DNA of 64,000 nt, taken from positions 1-64,000 of the forward strand of contig NIVC01003058.1 of assembly GCA_002269645.1 (NCBI GenBank), given 5' to 3'. Below are positions 1 to 12,727 of this stretch, one piece after another; the stretch's first letter is position 1, and every line of letters begins with the position of its first letter. The notes beneath the pieces are model-generated. The model was not told the origin of the DNA. It saw only the letters and a list, made by a program, of their open reading frames with translations, and made no database searches. The position numbers and the translations under genes were made by a program. The DNA is from Macrostomum lignano. Its lineage: Eukaryota.

Positions 1-3000
1 ATGGATTTCAGGAATGGAATTCCGGTGATGGGAGTTCTTCCCCTTTCTCCTCCAGAGGAGGAGTTGGCCTCGTCCTTATACTAAAAGTGGTGCGTTGTTT
101 GTGTGTATGTATGTTGTAAGTGAACTCCTACAATACTGCCAAGTCAGCGTCGAAACTTATATGGGAAAACTGCAAATTTTCCGGAGCAGGCTTTAGGCTA
201 TTTTAATTTGTAATTTTCACATTTTAACATCCCTAAAAAAGCAGAAAACTGCTTTTTTAACCCCCAATAACCTTCTTTGGCCACTCTGCCTGGGGCTGCA
301 GCAGTTTGTAAAAATAGCCACCCAACCTCCGCCCGCGGGCCGCTGTGTATTGAGGGTGGTGGGTGCGCGTGTTTCTGGGTTCAATGCAAATAAAACCCCC
401 GCGTGTTTGGGGGGTTTAGTTAAATTTAATGCTTCCCCCAGAACGGGGGTTGGGTTTGGGCTGTTTGTACATAGCAGTTGTACAGTGTAAACAGATAGAT
501 AGGACTGTGTCGAGATTCATTTGGTTTTATTATTGGCGCCTTTTTTCTCCATAGGCAGCCCTGTGTATTAGTTTGGCAGTGAAATTCAATGAATTGCGAG
601 CTTCTCTAGCAAGCAGTCGGGAAATCGGTAAATTTCAAACGCTAACTGTTCCTCGAGTTTTAAACTTTGAGAGGAGAGACTTATATTGCTGGAAAGATCT
701 TGCAACGCTGAGTTCGGGAATATAAGTTGTATGCTTTAAATATGAAAAGAAAAAAGCACAGCATTTAAAAAACTATTTCCATACTTTTAACTTTCTGCAA
801 AAACTGTAATCAGTTTTGCGAGACGTAATAGATAAAGTTGGGCGTATTGGAAGGGGGTCTGCCGCTGCGTATTGGAGGGTTGATTTAGATTGCGCAACCG
901 TTTATTTAACTTTAAATAAGACTGATACTGTCTGACTGAAAATGGTTTGCGCAATTAATTGATTCAATTAATTCAACACGCAGCTCTGTGCAGCTCTAAC
1001 CCTAACCCTAACCAATGAATTCTGAAAGTTAAGTTCTTTTTGACAGAGAAAATTTCGATTGAGTCCAGTTTCACGGAGTATTCTGATGGTTTTCGGTTTC
1101 ACGGAGAGGATTTCTTTTTCGTGGAGAGAATCTAGATGTATTTCTGTTTTACGGAGACGATTTTGATGGATGTCAGTTTCACTCAGAGGATTTCCATGGA
1201 GCCCAGTTTCACGGAGGGGATTTCTGTTTCGCGGATTGGATTTCAAAAGGAGTCCAGTTTCACGGAGAGGGTTTCTGTTTCGCGGAGAGGATTTCTGTTT
1301 CGCGGAGAGGATTTCTGTTTCGCGGAGAGGATTTCTGTTTCACGGAGGGATTTTGATGGATTTGGTATCTTCAGTCAGTCAGTAAAGAGAGTAAAGAGAA
1401 GAGTGAAAGAGAAGAGAGAAGAGATGAGAGAGGACAGATTAGACATGACAGATGGGAGAGAAGAGGGGAGTAACGCGGGAACGAAGAGGGAGAGAGAAGA
1501 AAAGAGGAGAGAGGAGATGAGAGGGAAGATATGAGATAGCAGAGGGAGACAGGAGAGATGAGAGGAGAGAGAAGAGAGGAGCTGAGAGTAGAGGAGAAAG
1601 AAATAGTGAGATGAGGCATGAGGGATGAGAGATGAGAGAGGAGAGAAGAGAGGAGAGAGGAGAAAACAGGGATAAAGGAGACAGGAGAGAAAGACGAAAG
1701 ACGAGGGAGAAGAGATAAATAAGGTGGTAGAGATGAGAGACGTGAGAGGAGAGAAAAGAGAAGAGAGGAGACAGAAGAATCTGAGTCTGGACAATGGCAG
1801 TCAGTTTTTGCGAACAGGGAAAACAAGATATGGTATTTGAAAGGCTTTACAGAGGATTTGGAGATGATTTGGAAGATGGGATTCAAGTCATGGAATTTCA
1901 GCTAATGGATTTCAGGAATGGAATTCCGGTGATGGGAGTTCTTCCCCTTTCTCCTCCAGAGGAGGAGTTGGCCTCGTCCTTATACTAAAAGTGGTGCGTT
2001 GTTTGTGTGTATGTATGTTGTAAGTGAACTCCTACAATACTGCCAAGTCAGCGTCGAAACTTATATGGGAAAACTGCAAATTTTCCGGAGCAGGCTTTAG
2101 GCTATTTTAATTTGTAATTTTCACATTTTAACATCCCTAAAAAAGCAGAAAACTGCTTTTTTAACCCCCAATAACCTTCTTTGGCCACTCTGCCTGGGGC
2201 TGCAGCCAGTTTGTAAAAATAGCCACCCAACCTCCGCCCGCGGGCCGCTGTGTATTGAGGGGTGGTGGGTGCGCGTGTTCTGGGTTCAATGCAAATAAAA
2301 CCCCCCGCGTGTTGGGGGGTTTAGTTAAATTTAATGCTTCCCCCAGAACGGGGGGTTGGGTTTGGGCTGTTTGTACATAGCAGTTGTACAGTGTAAACAG
2401 ATAGATAGGACTGTGTCGAGATTCATTTGGTTTTATTATTGGCGCCTTTTTTCTCCATAGGCAGCCCTGTGTATTAGTTTGGCAGTGAAATTCAATGAAT
2501 TGCGAGCTTCTCTAGCAAGCAGTCGGGAAATCGGTAAATTTCAAACGCTAACTGTTCCTCGAGTTTTAAACTTTGAGAGGAGAGACTTATATTGCTGGAA
2601 AGATCTTGCAACGCTGAGTTCGGGAATATAAGTTGTATGCTTTAAATATGAAAAGAAAAAGCACAGCATTTAAAAAAACTATTTCCATACTTTTAACTTT
2701 CTGCAAAAACTGTAATCAGTTTTGCGAGACGTAATAGATAAAGTTGGGCGTATTGGAAGGGGGTCTGCCGCTGCGTATTGGAGGGTTGATTTAGATTGCG
2801 CAACCGTTTATTTAACTTTAAATAAGACTGATACTGTCTGACTGAGAAATGGTTTGCGCAATTAATTGATTCAATTAATTCAACACGCAGCTCTGTGCAG
2901 CTCTAACCCTAACCCTAACCAATGAATTCTGAAAGTTAAGTTCTTTTTGACAGAGAAAATTTCGATTGAGTCCAGTTTCACGGAGTATTCTGATGGTTTT

Positions 3001-3879
3001 CGGTTTCACGGAGAGGATTTCTTTTTCGTGGAGAGAATCTAGATGTATTTCTGTTTTACGGAGACGATTTTGATGGATGTCAGTTTCACTCAGAGGATTT
3101 CCATGGAGCCCAGTTTCACGGAGGGGATTTCTGTTTCGCGGATTGGATTTCAAAAGGAGTCCAGTTTCACGGAGAGGGTTTCTGTTTCGCGGAGAGGATT
3201 TCTGTTTCGCGGAGAGGATTTCTGTTTCGCGGAGAGGATTTCTGTTTCACGGAGGGATTTTGATGGATTTGGTATCTTCAGTCAGTCAGTAAAGAGAGTA
3301 AAGAGAAGAGTGAAAAGAGAAGAGAGAAGAGATGAGAGAGGACAGATTAGACATGACAGATGGGAGAGAAGAGGGAGTAACGCGGAACGAAGAGGGAGAG
3401 AGAAGAAAAGAGGAGAGAGGAGATGAGAGGGAAGATATGAGATAGCAGAGGGAGACAGGAGAGATGAGAGGAGAGAGAAGAGAGGAGCTGAGAGTAGAGG
3501 AGAAAGAAATAGTGAGATGAGGCATGAGGGATGAGAGATGAGAGAGGAGAGAAGAGAGGAGAGAGGAGAAAACAGGGGATAAAGGAGACAGGAGAGAAAG
3601 ACGAAAGACGAGGGAGAAGAGATAAATAAGGTGGTAGAGATGAGAGACGTGAGAGGAGAGAAAAGAGAAGAGAGGAGACAGAAGAATCTGAGTCTGGACA
3701 ATGGCAGTCAGTTTTTGCGAACAGGGAAAACAAGATATGGTATTTGAAAGGCTTTACAGAGGATTTGGAGATGATTTGGAAGATGGGATTCAAGTCATGG
3801 AATTTCAGCTAATGGATTTCAGGGAATGGAATTCCGGTGATGGGAGTTCTTCCCCTTTCTCCTCCAGAGGAGGAGTTGG
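1..3879 (+). repeat. Forward arm of a ~1.9-kb tandem repeat array (unit heads at 73 and 1977; third unit cut at 3879)
   Basis: The sequence at 1 recurs at 1905 and 3812; ORF-track duplicates are offset by 1907. Unit = TC-CTTATACTAAAA head, GC hairpins (CCCCCCGCGTGTTGGGGGG; CCCCCAGAACGGGGG), short CTAACC tract, 20-bp subrepeat (TTTCTGTTTCGCGGAGAGGA), GA-rich block, tail. Confidence 0.95.
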
Positions 3880-6800
3880 TTATTTTTTCCGCCAAACAAC
3901 TCAACTCTCCGGATTCATTGGTTAGGGTTAGGGTTAGGGTTAGGGTTAGGGTTAGAACTACACACAGCTAGCTTCGTGTTAAAAGGCACTGATGAAAATA
4001 TTGAACTAATTGAATCAATTAATTGCGCAACCGATTTCACAGTCAGTCAGTCAGTATCAGTCTCAGTTAAAGTTAGCAAAAACATTGCGCAATCTAAATC
4101 AACCCTCCAATACACAGCAGCAGTGAGAAGTTAAACCCTCCCCAACTTTATCTATTACGTCTCGCAAAACTGAGTACAATCTTTGCAGAAAGTTAAATTA
4201 TGGAAATAGTTTTTCAAATGCTGTGCTTTTTCTTTTCATATTTAAAGCAAACAATTTATATCCCCGAACTCAGCGTTGCAAGATCTTTCCAGCAATATAA
4301 GTCTCTCCTCTCAAAGTTTAAAACTCGAGGAACAGTTAGCGTTTGAAATTTACCGATTTCCCGACTGCTTGCTAGAGAAGCTCGCAATTCATTGAATTTC
4401 ACTGCCAAACTAATACACAGGGCTGCCTATGGAGAAAAAAGGCGCCAATAATAAAACCAAATGAATCTCGACACAGTCCTATCTATCTGTTTACACTGTA
4501 CAACTGCTATGTACAAACAGCCCAAGCCCAACCCCCCGTTCTGGGGGAAGCATTAAATTTAACTGAACCCCCCAACACGCGGGGGGTTTTATTTGCATTG
4601 AACCCAGAACACGCGCACCCACCACCCCTCAATACACACCGGCCCGCGGGCGGAGTTGGGGTGGCTATTTTTACAAACTGGCTTCAGCCCAGGCAGAGTA
4701 GCCAAAGAAGGTTATTGGGGGTTAAAAAAGCAGTTTTCTGCTTTTTTAGGGATGTTAAAATGTGAAAATTAAAAATTAAAATAGCCTAAAGCCTGATCCG
4801 GAAAATTTGCAGTTTTCCCATATAAGTTTCGACGCTGACTTGCCAGAATTGTAGGAGTTCACTTACAACATACATACACACAAACAACGCACCACTTTTA
4901 GTATAAGGACGAGGCCAACTCCTCCTCTGGAGGAGAAAGGGGAAGAACTCCCATCACCGGAATTCCATTCCCTGAAATCCATTAGCTGAAATTCCATGAC
5001 TTGAATCCCATCTTCCAAATCATCTCCAAATCCTCTGTAAAGCCTTTCAAATACCATATCTTGTTTTCCCTGTTCGCAAAAACTGACTGCCATTGTCCAG
5101 ACTCAGATTCTTCTGTCTCCTCTCTTCTCTTTTCTCTCCTCTCACGTCTCTCATCTCTACCACCTTATTTATCTCTTCTCCCTCGTCTTTCGTCTTTCTC
5201 TCCTGTCTCCTTTATCCCCTGTTTTCTCCTCTCTCCTCTCTTCTCTCCTCTCTCATCTCTCATCCCTCATGCCTCATCTCACTATTTCTTTCTCCTCTAC
5301 TCTCAGCTCCTCTCTTCTCTCTCCTCTCATCTCTCCTGTCTCCCTCTGCTATCTCATATCTTCCCTCTCATCTCCTCTCTCCTCTTTTCTTCTCTCTCCC
5401 TCTTCGTTCCCGCGTTACTCCCCTCTTCTCTCCCATCTGTCATGTCTAATCTGTCCTCTCTCATCTCTTCTCTCTTCTCTTTTCACTCTTCTCTTTACTC
5501 TCTTTACTGACTGACTGAAGATACCAAATCCATCAAAATCCCTCCGTGAAACAGAAATCCTCTCCGCGAAACAGAAATCCTCTCCGCGAAACAGAAATCC
5601 TCTCCGCGAAACAGAAACCCTCTCCGTGAAACTGGACTCCTTTTGAAATCCAATCCGCGAAACAGAAATCCCCTCCGTGAAACTGGGCTCCATGGAAATC
5701 CTCTGAGTGAAACTGACATCCATCAAAATCGTCTCCGTAAAACAGAAATACATCTAGATTCTCTCCACGAAAAAGAAATCCTCTCCGTGAAACCGAAAAC
5801 CATCAGAATACTCCGTGAAACTGGACTCAATCGAAATTTTCTCTGTCAAAAAGAACTTAACTTTCAGAATTCATTGGTTAGGGTTAGGGTTAGAGCTGCA
5901 CAGAGCTGCGTGTTGAATTAATTGAATCAATTAATTGCGCAAACCATTTCTCAGTCAGACAGTATCAGTCTTATTTAAAGTTAAATAAACGGTTGCGCAA
6001 TCTAAATCAACCCTCCAATACGCAGCGGCAGACCCCCTTCCAATACGCCCAACTTTATCTATTACGTCTCGCAAAACTGATTACAGTTTTTGCAGAAAGT
6101 TAAAAGTATGGAAATAGTTTTTTAAATGCTGTGCTTTTTCTTTTCATATTTAAAGCATACAACTTATATTCCCGAACTCAGCGTTGCAAGATCTTTCCAG
6201 CAATATAAGTCTCTCCTCTCAAAGTTTAAAACTCGAGGAACAGTTAGCGTTTGAAATTTACCAATTTCCCGACTGCTTGCTAGAGAAGCTCGCAAGTTTA
6301 TTCATTGAATTTCACTGCCAAACTAATACACAGGGCTGCCAATAATAAAACCAAATGAATCTCGACACAGTCTATCTATTTACACTGTACAACTGCTATG
6401 TACACTCAGCCCAAGCCCTACCCCCGTTCTGGGGGAAGCATTAAATTTAACTGAACCCCCCCCCACACGCGGGGGGTTTTATTTCCACTCGCACCCACCA
6501 CCCCTCAATACACAGCGGCCCGCGGGCGGAGGTTGGGTGGCTATTTTTACAAACTGGCTGCAGCCCCAGGCAGAGTGGCCAAAGAAGGTTATTGGGGGTT
6601 AAAAAAGCAGTTTTCTGCTTTTTTAGGGATGTTAAAATGTGAAAATTAAAAATTAAAATAGCCTAAAGCCTGCTCCGGAAAATTTGCAGTTTTCCCATAT
6701 AAGTTTCGACGCTGACTTGGCAGTATTGTAGGAGTTCACTTACAACATACATACACACAAACAACGCACCACTTTTAGTATTAAGAGATTCCCGACTGCT

Positions 6801-9215
6801 TGCTAGAGAAGCTCGCAATTCATTGAATTTCACTGCCAAGCTAATACACAGGGCTGCCTATGGAGAAAAAAGGCGCCAATAATAAAACCAATTGAATCTC
6901 GACACAGTCCTGATTCCTATCTATCTGTTTACACTGTACAACTGCTATGTACACTCAGCCCAAGCCCAACCCCCCGTTCTGGGGGAAGCATTAAATTTAA
7001 CTGAACCCCCCAACACGCGGGGGGGGGTTTATTTCCACTCGCACCCACCACCCTCAATACACAGCGGCCCGCGGGCGGAGGTTGGGGTGGCTATTTTTAC
7101 AAACTGGCTGCAGCCCCAGGCAGAGTGGCCAAAGAAGGTTATTGGGGGTTAAAAAAGCAGTTTTCTGCTTTTTTAGGGATGTTAAAATTGGAAAATTAAA
7201 AATTAAAATAGCCTAAAGCCTGCTCCGGAAAATTTGCAGTTTTCCCATATAAGTTTCAACGCTGACTTGGCAGAATTGTAGGAGTTCACTTACTACATAC
7301 AGACAGACAAACATCGCGTCGGTTTTAGTATTAGGACGAGGCCAACTCCTCCTCTGGAGGAGAAAGGGGAAGAACTCCCATCACCGGAATTCCATTCCCT
7401 GAAATCCATTAGCTGAAATTCCATGACTTGAATCCCATCTTCCAAATCATCTCCAAATCCTCTGTAAAGCCTTTCAAATACCATATCTTGTTTTCCCTGT
7501 TCGCAAAAACTGACTGCCATTGTCCAGACTCAGATTCTTCTGTCTCCTCTCTTCTCTTTTCTCTCCTCTCACGTCTCTCATCTCTACCACCTTATTTATC
7601 TCTTCTCCCTCGTCTTTCGTCTTTCTCTCCTGTCTCCTTTATCCCCTGTTTTCTCCTCTCTCCTCTCTTCTCTCCTCTCTCATCTCTCATCCCTCATGCC
7701 TCATCTCACTATTTCTTTCTCCTCTACTCTCAGCTCCTCTCTTCTCTCTCCTCTCATCTCTCCTGTCTCCCTCTGCTATCTCATATCTTCCCTCTCATCT
7801 CCTCTCTCCTCTTTTCTTCTCTCTCCCTCTTCGTTCCCGCGTTACTCCCCTCTTCTCTCCCATCTGTCATGTCTAATCTGTCCTCTCTCATCTCTTCTCT
7901 CTTCTCTTTTCACTCTTCTCTTTACTCTCTTTACTGACTGACTGAAGATACCAAATCCATCAAAATCCCTCCGTGAAACAGAAATCCTCTCCGCGAAACA
8001 GAAATCCTCTCCGCGAAACAGAAATCCTCTCCGCGAAACAGAAACCCTCTCCGTGAAACTGGACTCCTTTTGAAATCCAATCCGCGAAACAGAAATCCCC
8101 TCCGTGAAACTGGGCTCCATGGAAATCCTCTGAGTGAAACTGACATCCATCAAAATCGTCTCCGTAAAACAGAAATACATCTAGATTCTCTCCACGAAAA
8201 AGAAATCCTCTCCGTGAAACCGAAAACCATCAGAATACTCCGTGAAACTGGACTCAATCGAAATTTTCTCTGTCAAAAAGAACTTAACTTTCAGAATTCA
8301 TTGGTTAGGGTTAGGGTTAGAGCTGCACAGAGCTGCGTGTTGAATTAATTGAATCAATTAATTGCGCAAACCATTTCTCAGTCAGACAGTATCAGTCTTA
8401 TTTAAAGTTAAATAAACGGTTGCGCAATCTAAATCAACCCTCCAATACGCAGCGGCAGACCCCCTTCCAATACGCCCAACTTTATCTATTACGTCTCGCA
8501 AAACTGATTACAGTTTTTGCAGAAAGTTAAAAGTATGGAAATAGTTTTTTAAATGCTGTGCTTTTTCTTTTCATATTTAAAGCATACAACTTATATTCCC
8601 GAACTCAGCGTTGCAAGATCTTTCCAGCAATATAAGTCTCTCCTCTCAAAGTTTAAAACTCGAGGAACAGTTAGCGTTTGAAATTTACCAATTTCCCGAC
8701 TGCTTGCTAGAGAAGCTCGCAAGTTTATTCATTGAATTTCACTGCCAAACTAATACACAGGGCTGCCAATAATAAAACCAAATGAATCTCGACACAGTCT
8801 ATCTATTTACACTGTACAACTGCTATGTACACTCAGCCCAAGCCCTACCCCCGTTCTGGGGGAAGCATTAAATTTAACTGAACCCCCCCCCACACGCGGG
8901 GGGTTTTATTTCCACTCGCACCCACCACCCCTCAATACACAGCGGCCCGCGGGCGGAGGTTGGGTGGCTATTTTTACAAACTGGCTGCAGCCCCAGGCAG
9001 AGTGGCCAAAGAAGGTTATTGGGGGTTAAAAAAGCAGTTTTCTGCTTTTTTAGGGATGTTAAAATGTGAAAATTAAAAATTAAAATAGCCTAAAGCCTGC
9101 TCCGGAAAATTTGCAGTTTTCCCATATAAGTTTCGACGCTGACTTGGCAGTATTGTAGGAGTTCACTTACAACATACATACACACAAACAACGCACCACT
9201 TTTAGTATTAAGAGA
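3880..9215 (-). repeat. Inverted arm of the same array: diverged partial copy 3880-4909, full copy 4910-6788, partial copy 6789-7336, full copy 7337-9215
   Basis: Reverse complement of the forward unit; 4910-6788 and 7337-9215 are near-identical (offset 2427). The arm stops at the unit head (…TTTTAGTATTAAGAGA at 9215). Confidence 0.93.
3920..3955 (+). repeat. Interstitial telomere-like (TTAGGG)n tract, ~5.5 repeats; shorter copies at 996-1013, ~2903-2920, ~5876-5893, ~8303-8320
   Basis: GGTTAGGGTTAGGGTTAGGGTTAGGGTTAGGGTTAG read directly; the other unit copies hold ~3 repeats. Confidence 0.9.
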
Positions 9216-9499
9216 AGAAGAAGAGAAGAAGGAGAGACAAGCTGTTGAAACCCGCGGATTTTGAACCCGGGGAATTCCAATCCCCGGAACTACTTTTGCA
9301 TGTATTCTGAAATCTAAGGCCATACACAAACAAAAACTTGTTAATAGTTAGTAGGATAGAGGTAGACATAAAATGAAGCACATTCGTGTAAAATTAGGAT
9401 TTGAGGCAAACATTGATATTGTTGTCTGGGGTACTGCGCAGAATGTCAGGCAATGTCTGTCTGACTCTAAAACATGTATGGGCAAACTCTGGCCTCTCC

Positions 9500-10097
9500 C
9501 TGCCTCTCCCTACGTCCCTTGGATCCTTTAAAATTTCTATCGTCTCTTCTGTTTCCTCTCTTCTCTCTCGTCCCTCGTCTCTCCTCTCTCATCTCTCCCC
9601 TCTTCTCTCGTATCTTCCCTCATCTCTCTTCTCTTTCATCTCTCTTCTCTTTCATCTCTCTTATCTCATCTCATGTCTCTTCTTTTCTCTCTCCTCTCCT
9701 CTCTCCTCTCTACTCTTTCGTTTTCTCTCTCCTCTCCTCTCTCCTCTCCCATCTTATCTCGTATCTTCCCTCATCTCTCTTTTCTTTCATTTCTCTTATC
9801 TCATCTCTTCCCTCTTCTTTTCTCTCTCCTCTCCTCTCTCCTCTCCCCCCTCTTCTCTCGTCTCGTCCTTCTCCTCTCTATTCTTTTCTCTCTTCTCTTA
9901 ACTGTCTCCTCTACTCTCTCATCTCTCCTCTCTACTCGTTCCTCTCTCTCTCTCCTCTCATCTCTTCTTTCCTCTCTCCTCTCTCCCCTCTTCTCTCGTC
10001 TCTTCCCTCACCTCTTTTTTCTCTCTCGCCTTTGCTCTTTTATCTTTCCTTTCTTTTCTTTTATCTTTTCTCTCTTATCTCTTCTAATTTCTCTCTG

Positions 10098-10163
<66 letters not shown>

Positions 10164-10930
10164 GTCTTTCTCTCTTATCTCTCCTCCTCTCTCTACTCTC
10201 TCCCCTCTCCATTCTCCTCTTTCCTCTCCTCTCTCCTCACTCACTTCTCTACATTTGTCTCTCTTCTCTCCTCTCGTCTCCGTAATCTCTTATCTCTTCT
10301 CTGTTCTCTCTACTCTCCCATCTTTCATCTGTTCACTCTCGTCTCTGCTCTCTCATCCCCCTCTTTAATCTGGCATCTCAGTCTTATATGTTCTCTCACC
10401 TCTCTCCTCTGTACTCTTTTCTTTCCCCTCTTTTGACTCCTCACTTTCCTTTCTCCTTACTTTTTTCTCTTCTCTTCCCTTTTCTATACTCTCTCTCCCT
10501 CTCTTCTCTCTCTCTCGAGTCTCCTCTCTCCTTTATCTCTCATCTCTCATTTCTCATCTCTCCTTCCACCTCTCTCATCTCTACAACCTTGGAGATGTAG
10601 AGATGTATCTTTATCTCTTCTCTCTTCCCCAGTGGTGGGAGTGAGGAGTGCCCATTTTTTTCGCGCCTACGATTTTTTTTCGCGCCGCAAGCTTTTTTGT
10701 GTCAACTCTCTGCTCTCCTCTCTGCTGTCTCCTCTCATCTGCAGCTCTCTGCTCTCATCTCTACTCTCTCCTCTCGCTTTTCCTCTCTCCCCTCTTCTCC
10801 CCCTTTCTCTCATCGTCCTCACCCCCTCATCTCTCCTATTATCTTTTATATTTTCTTTTATCCCCTCTTTCGCTTCTTCTCTCTTCGAATCGTCTATTCC
10901 TTCTTTCCACTTTCATCTGCCCCTCAGCCA
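9500..10930. repeat. CT-rich low-complexity tract with a pure (CT)n run at ~10098-10158
   Basis: Almost all pyrimidine on the + strand; the L/S-rich ORFs are compositional artefacts. Confidence 0.9.
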
Positions 10931-11539
10931 TAAGCTGGATTCTTTATCTGGCCACTGACATGGTTGTTCTCATGCTTTGATCACGTCATCTTTCTTGCCA
11001 ATTCGCAGCCCTGAAAGGAATTTGTGTATCTTCAGCTCTACTGCAGTTTGCATCAGTCTAACAACCAAGGAAATACGCATTTCTTAGGAGGCCATTTAAA
11101 TTTTAAAGTACTTTTAAGAGAAACTTAAAATTTCCATGGTGTGCCTAATTTATTAGGGTTGTATTTCATTGCATCGCATCGCCTTTTCATAAATCTTTCG
11201 CTTTTACAAACCATGCTGGATTCCCTCGATTTGCCAATTGCCATCCACTGTTAAACTGCTGCAGAGTTTGCCAATACAGAGAGGAGGGCAATGGTTAGAA
11301 TTTCTCACTAAACTGTTATGGCTAAACGTAGCCTCTCCACTCTCGGGGTGCAGAGAAGGCTATAAATAAAGTTATTCCAAAACACTGTACATTTGTATGT
11401 ACATTCAGTCCTATCGCCTGACCCTTCGTCTGGCTCTGGGGAATGAGTGAGTGAGTGGCACAAACAACAGAAAAAGCAGACAAACTTCACATGCTTACAG
11501 TTTCTTTTTCGGTTGAGTTACAGAGTTGAAACTTTACAT

Positions 11540-12099
11540 TTAGATAGAGAATGAGTCAATGAAGAATTGTGTCAAGTTTGAAGTCAATCGCTTTACGTGG
11601 AGCAAACTTATGGCAGCTGAAAGTTAGTCAATTTTGAAACCTTTTTACACATCTGGGCCCAGATCGGGATCGGGAAAGAGAGGCAGGCGGGCGGAGGTTG
11701 GGGTGGTTGCTACGCTGAAAAAAAACAGCCTAACTTTAAAAGTGCACAGCACCGCTCAGGATTGACTTTGAGACTCGAAATTTTACAAAATTGTGCCAAA
11801 ATAGTTAAAGATTATCTGTGTCAAATTTGAAGAGAATCGGTAGAAGTGGAGCGGCGCTATGGAGGATTAAGTGAAAAAATCGCGCATTTTGAGCAGTTTT
11901 TTGTACTTTTAGGTTGGAAGACTCAAATTTAGGAAATTAAAAGGTAGCCTAAGACATTCTCCGTAGTAAGTTTAGGGTGGGTGTAAAGTTTGGTGTCATT
12001 TGGTTGAGCGGTTTGGGAGTCCATAGCGATCAAAATTGTCCACACACAGACACACACACACACACAGACACACAGAGTTTTGATTTTTATATGTAGAGA
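11540..12099 (-). mobile_element. Non-autonomous Helitron-like element (Lep1/DINE-like 5' part), 3' end not located
   Basis: Minus strand starts A|TCTCTACATATAAAAATCAAAACTCTGTGTGTCTG-(TG)n…AAACCGCTCAACCAAATGACACCAAACTT. Shares GCGGGCGGAGGTTGGGGTGG (~11686) with the 1.9-kb unit (~7070). Confidence 0.6.
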
Positions 12100-12727
12100 T
12101 TTTTATAGGTAGAGATATTTATACTTATAAAACAACAAAAACAACTGTAAACTTGAATTAATAAAAATCTGAATTTAATTTAATAATTTAATTTAATTTC
12201 ATAAAAAAGATATTTCTAAAAATCCATTTTGAATTTTATTTTAACCTAGTTTATGACTTATATTTTATAACTTAAGTTTATGACTAGCTACCATTGGAAG
12301 TATTATGAGACTTTATTTTTTTTGGTTAGGATTAGATTTTTTATAATTTTATTTGAATAATTTTTCCTCTTTGGATTTGGCCTAGATTTTTTTATTAATT
12401 ATAGTTTTTTAAACTGTACCTAATTCATTTCCAGTGTTCAATACTCTTTAAATCCAATTTACAAAAATCACAATTTATTAAAGTTAATGCATAATTATAA
12501 CTTTATATTACAGATAATTTAATTAAGAAATATATATTTCAAGCAAGGTTAATAAACCATTATGTAAAGGAGTTATCTTAACTTTAAAAAAATCATTTAC
12601 TAATTGATGATTTTGTTCAATTAGATAGAGTTATCAATAACACAAATATGCATGCATAAATTTATATGATTGTACAAAACTTTCATTTCAGTGAGGCTTT
12701 CCAGGTATTTTAGTATCCAGCTTTTAA

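Noticed and set aside
996-1013. CTAACCCTAAC resembling a telomerase RNA template
   Set aside because: Repeat number varies from ~3 to 5.5 between copies and it sits in a multicopy transposon-derived unit; no supporting RNA structure seen.
968-10980. Many S/L-rich or R/E-rich ORFs repeated in the satellite and the CT tract
   Set aside because: They arise from GA/CT low complexity and 20-bp subrepeats; frames differ between copies and show no domain motifs.
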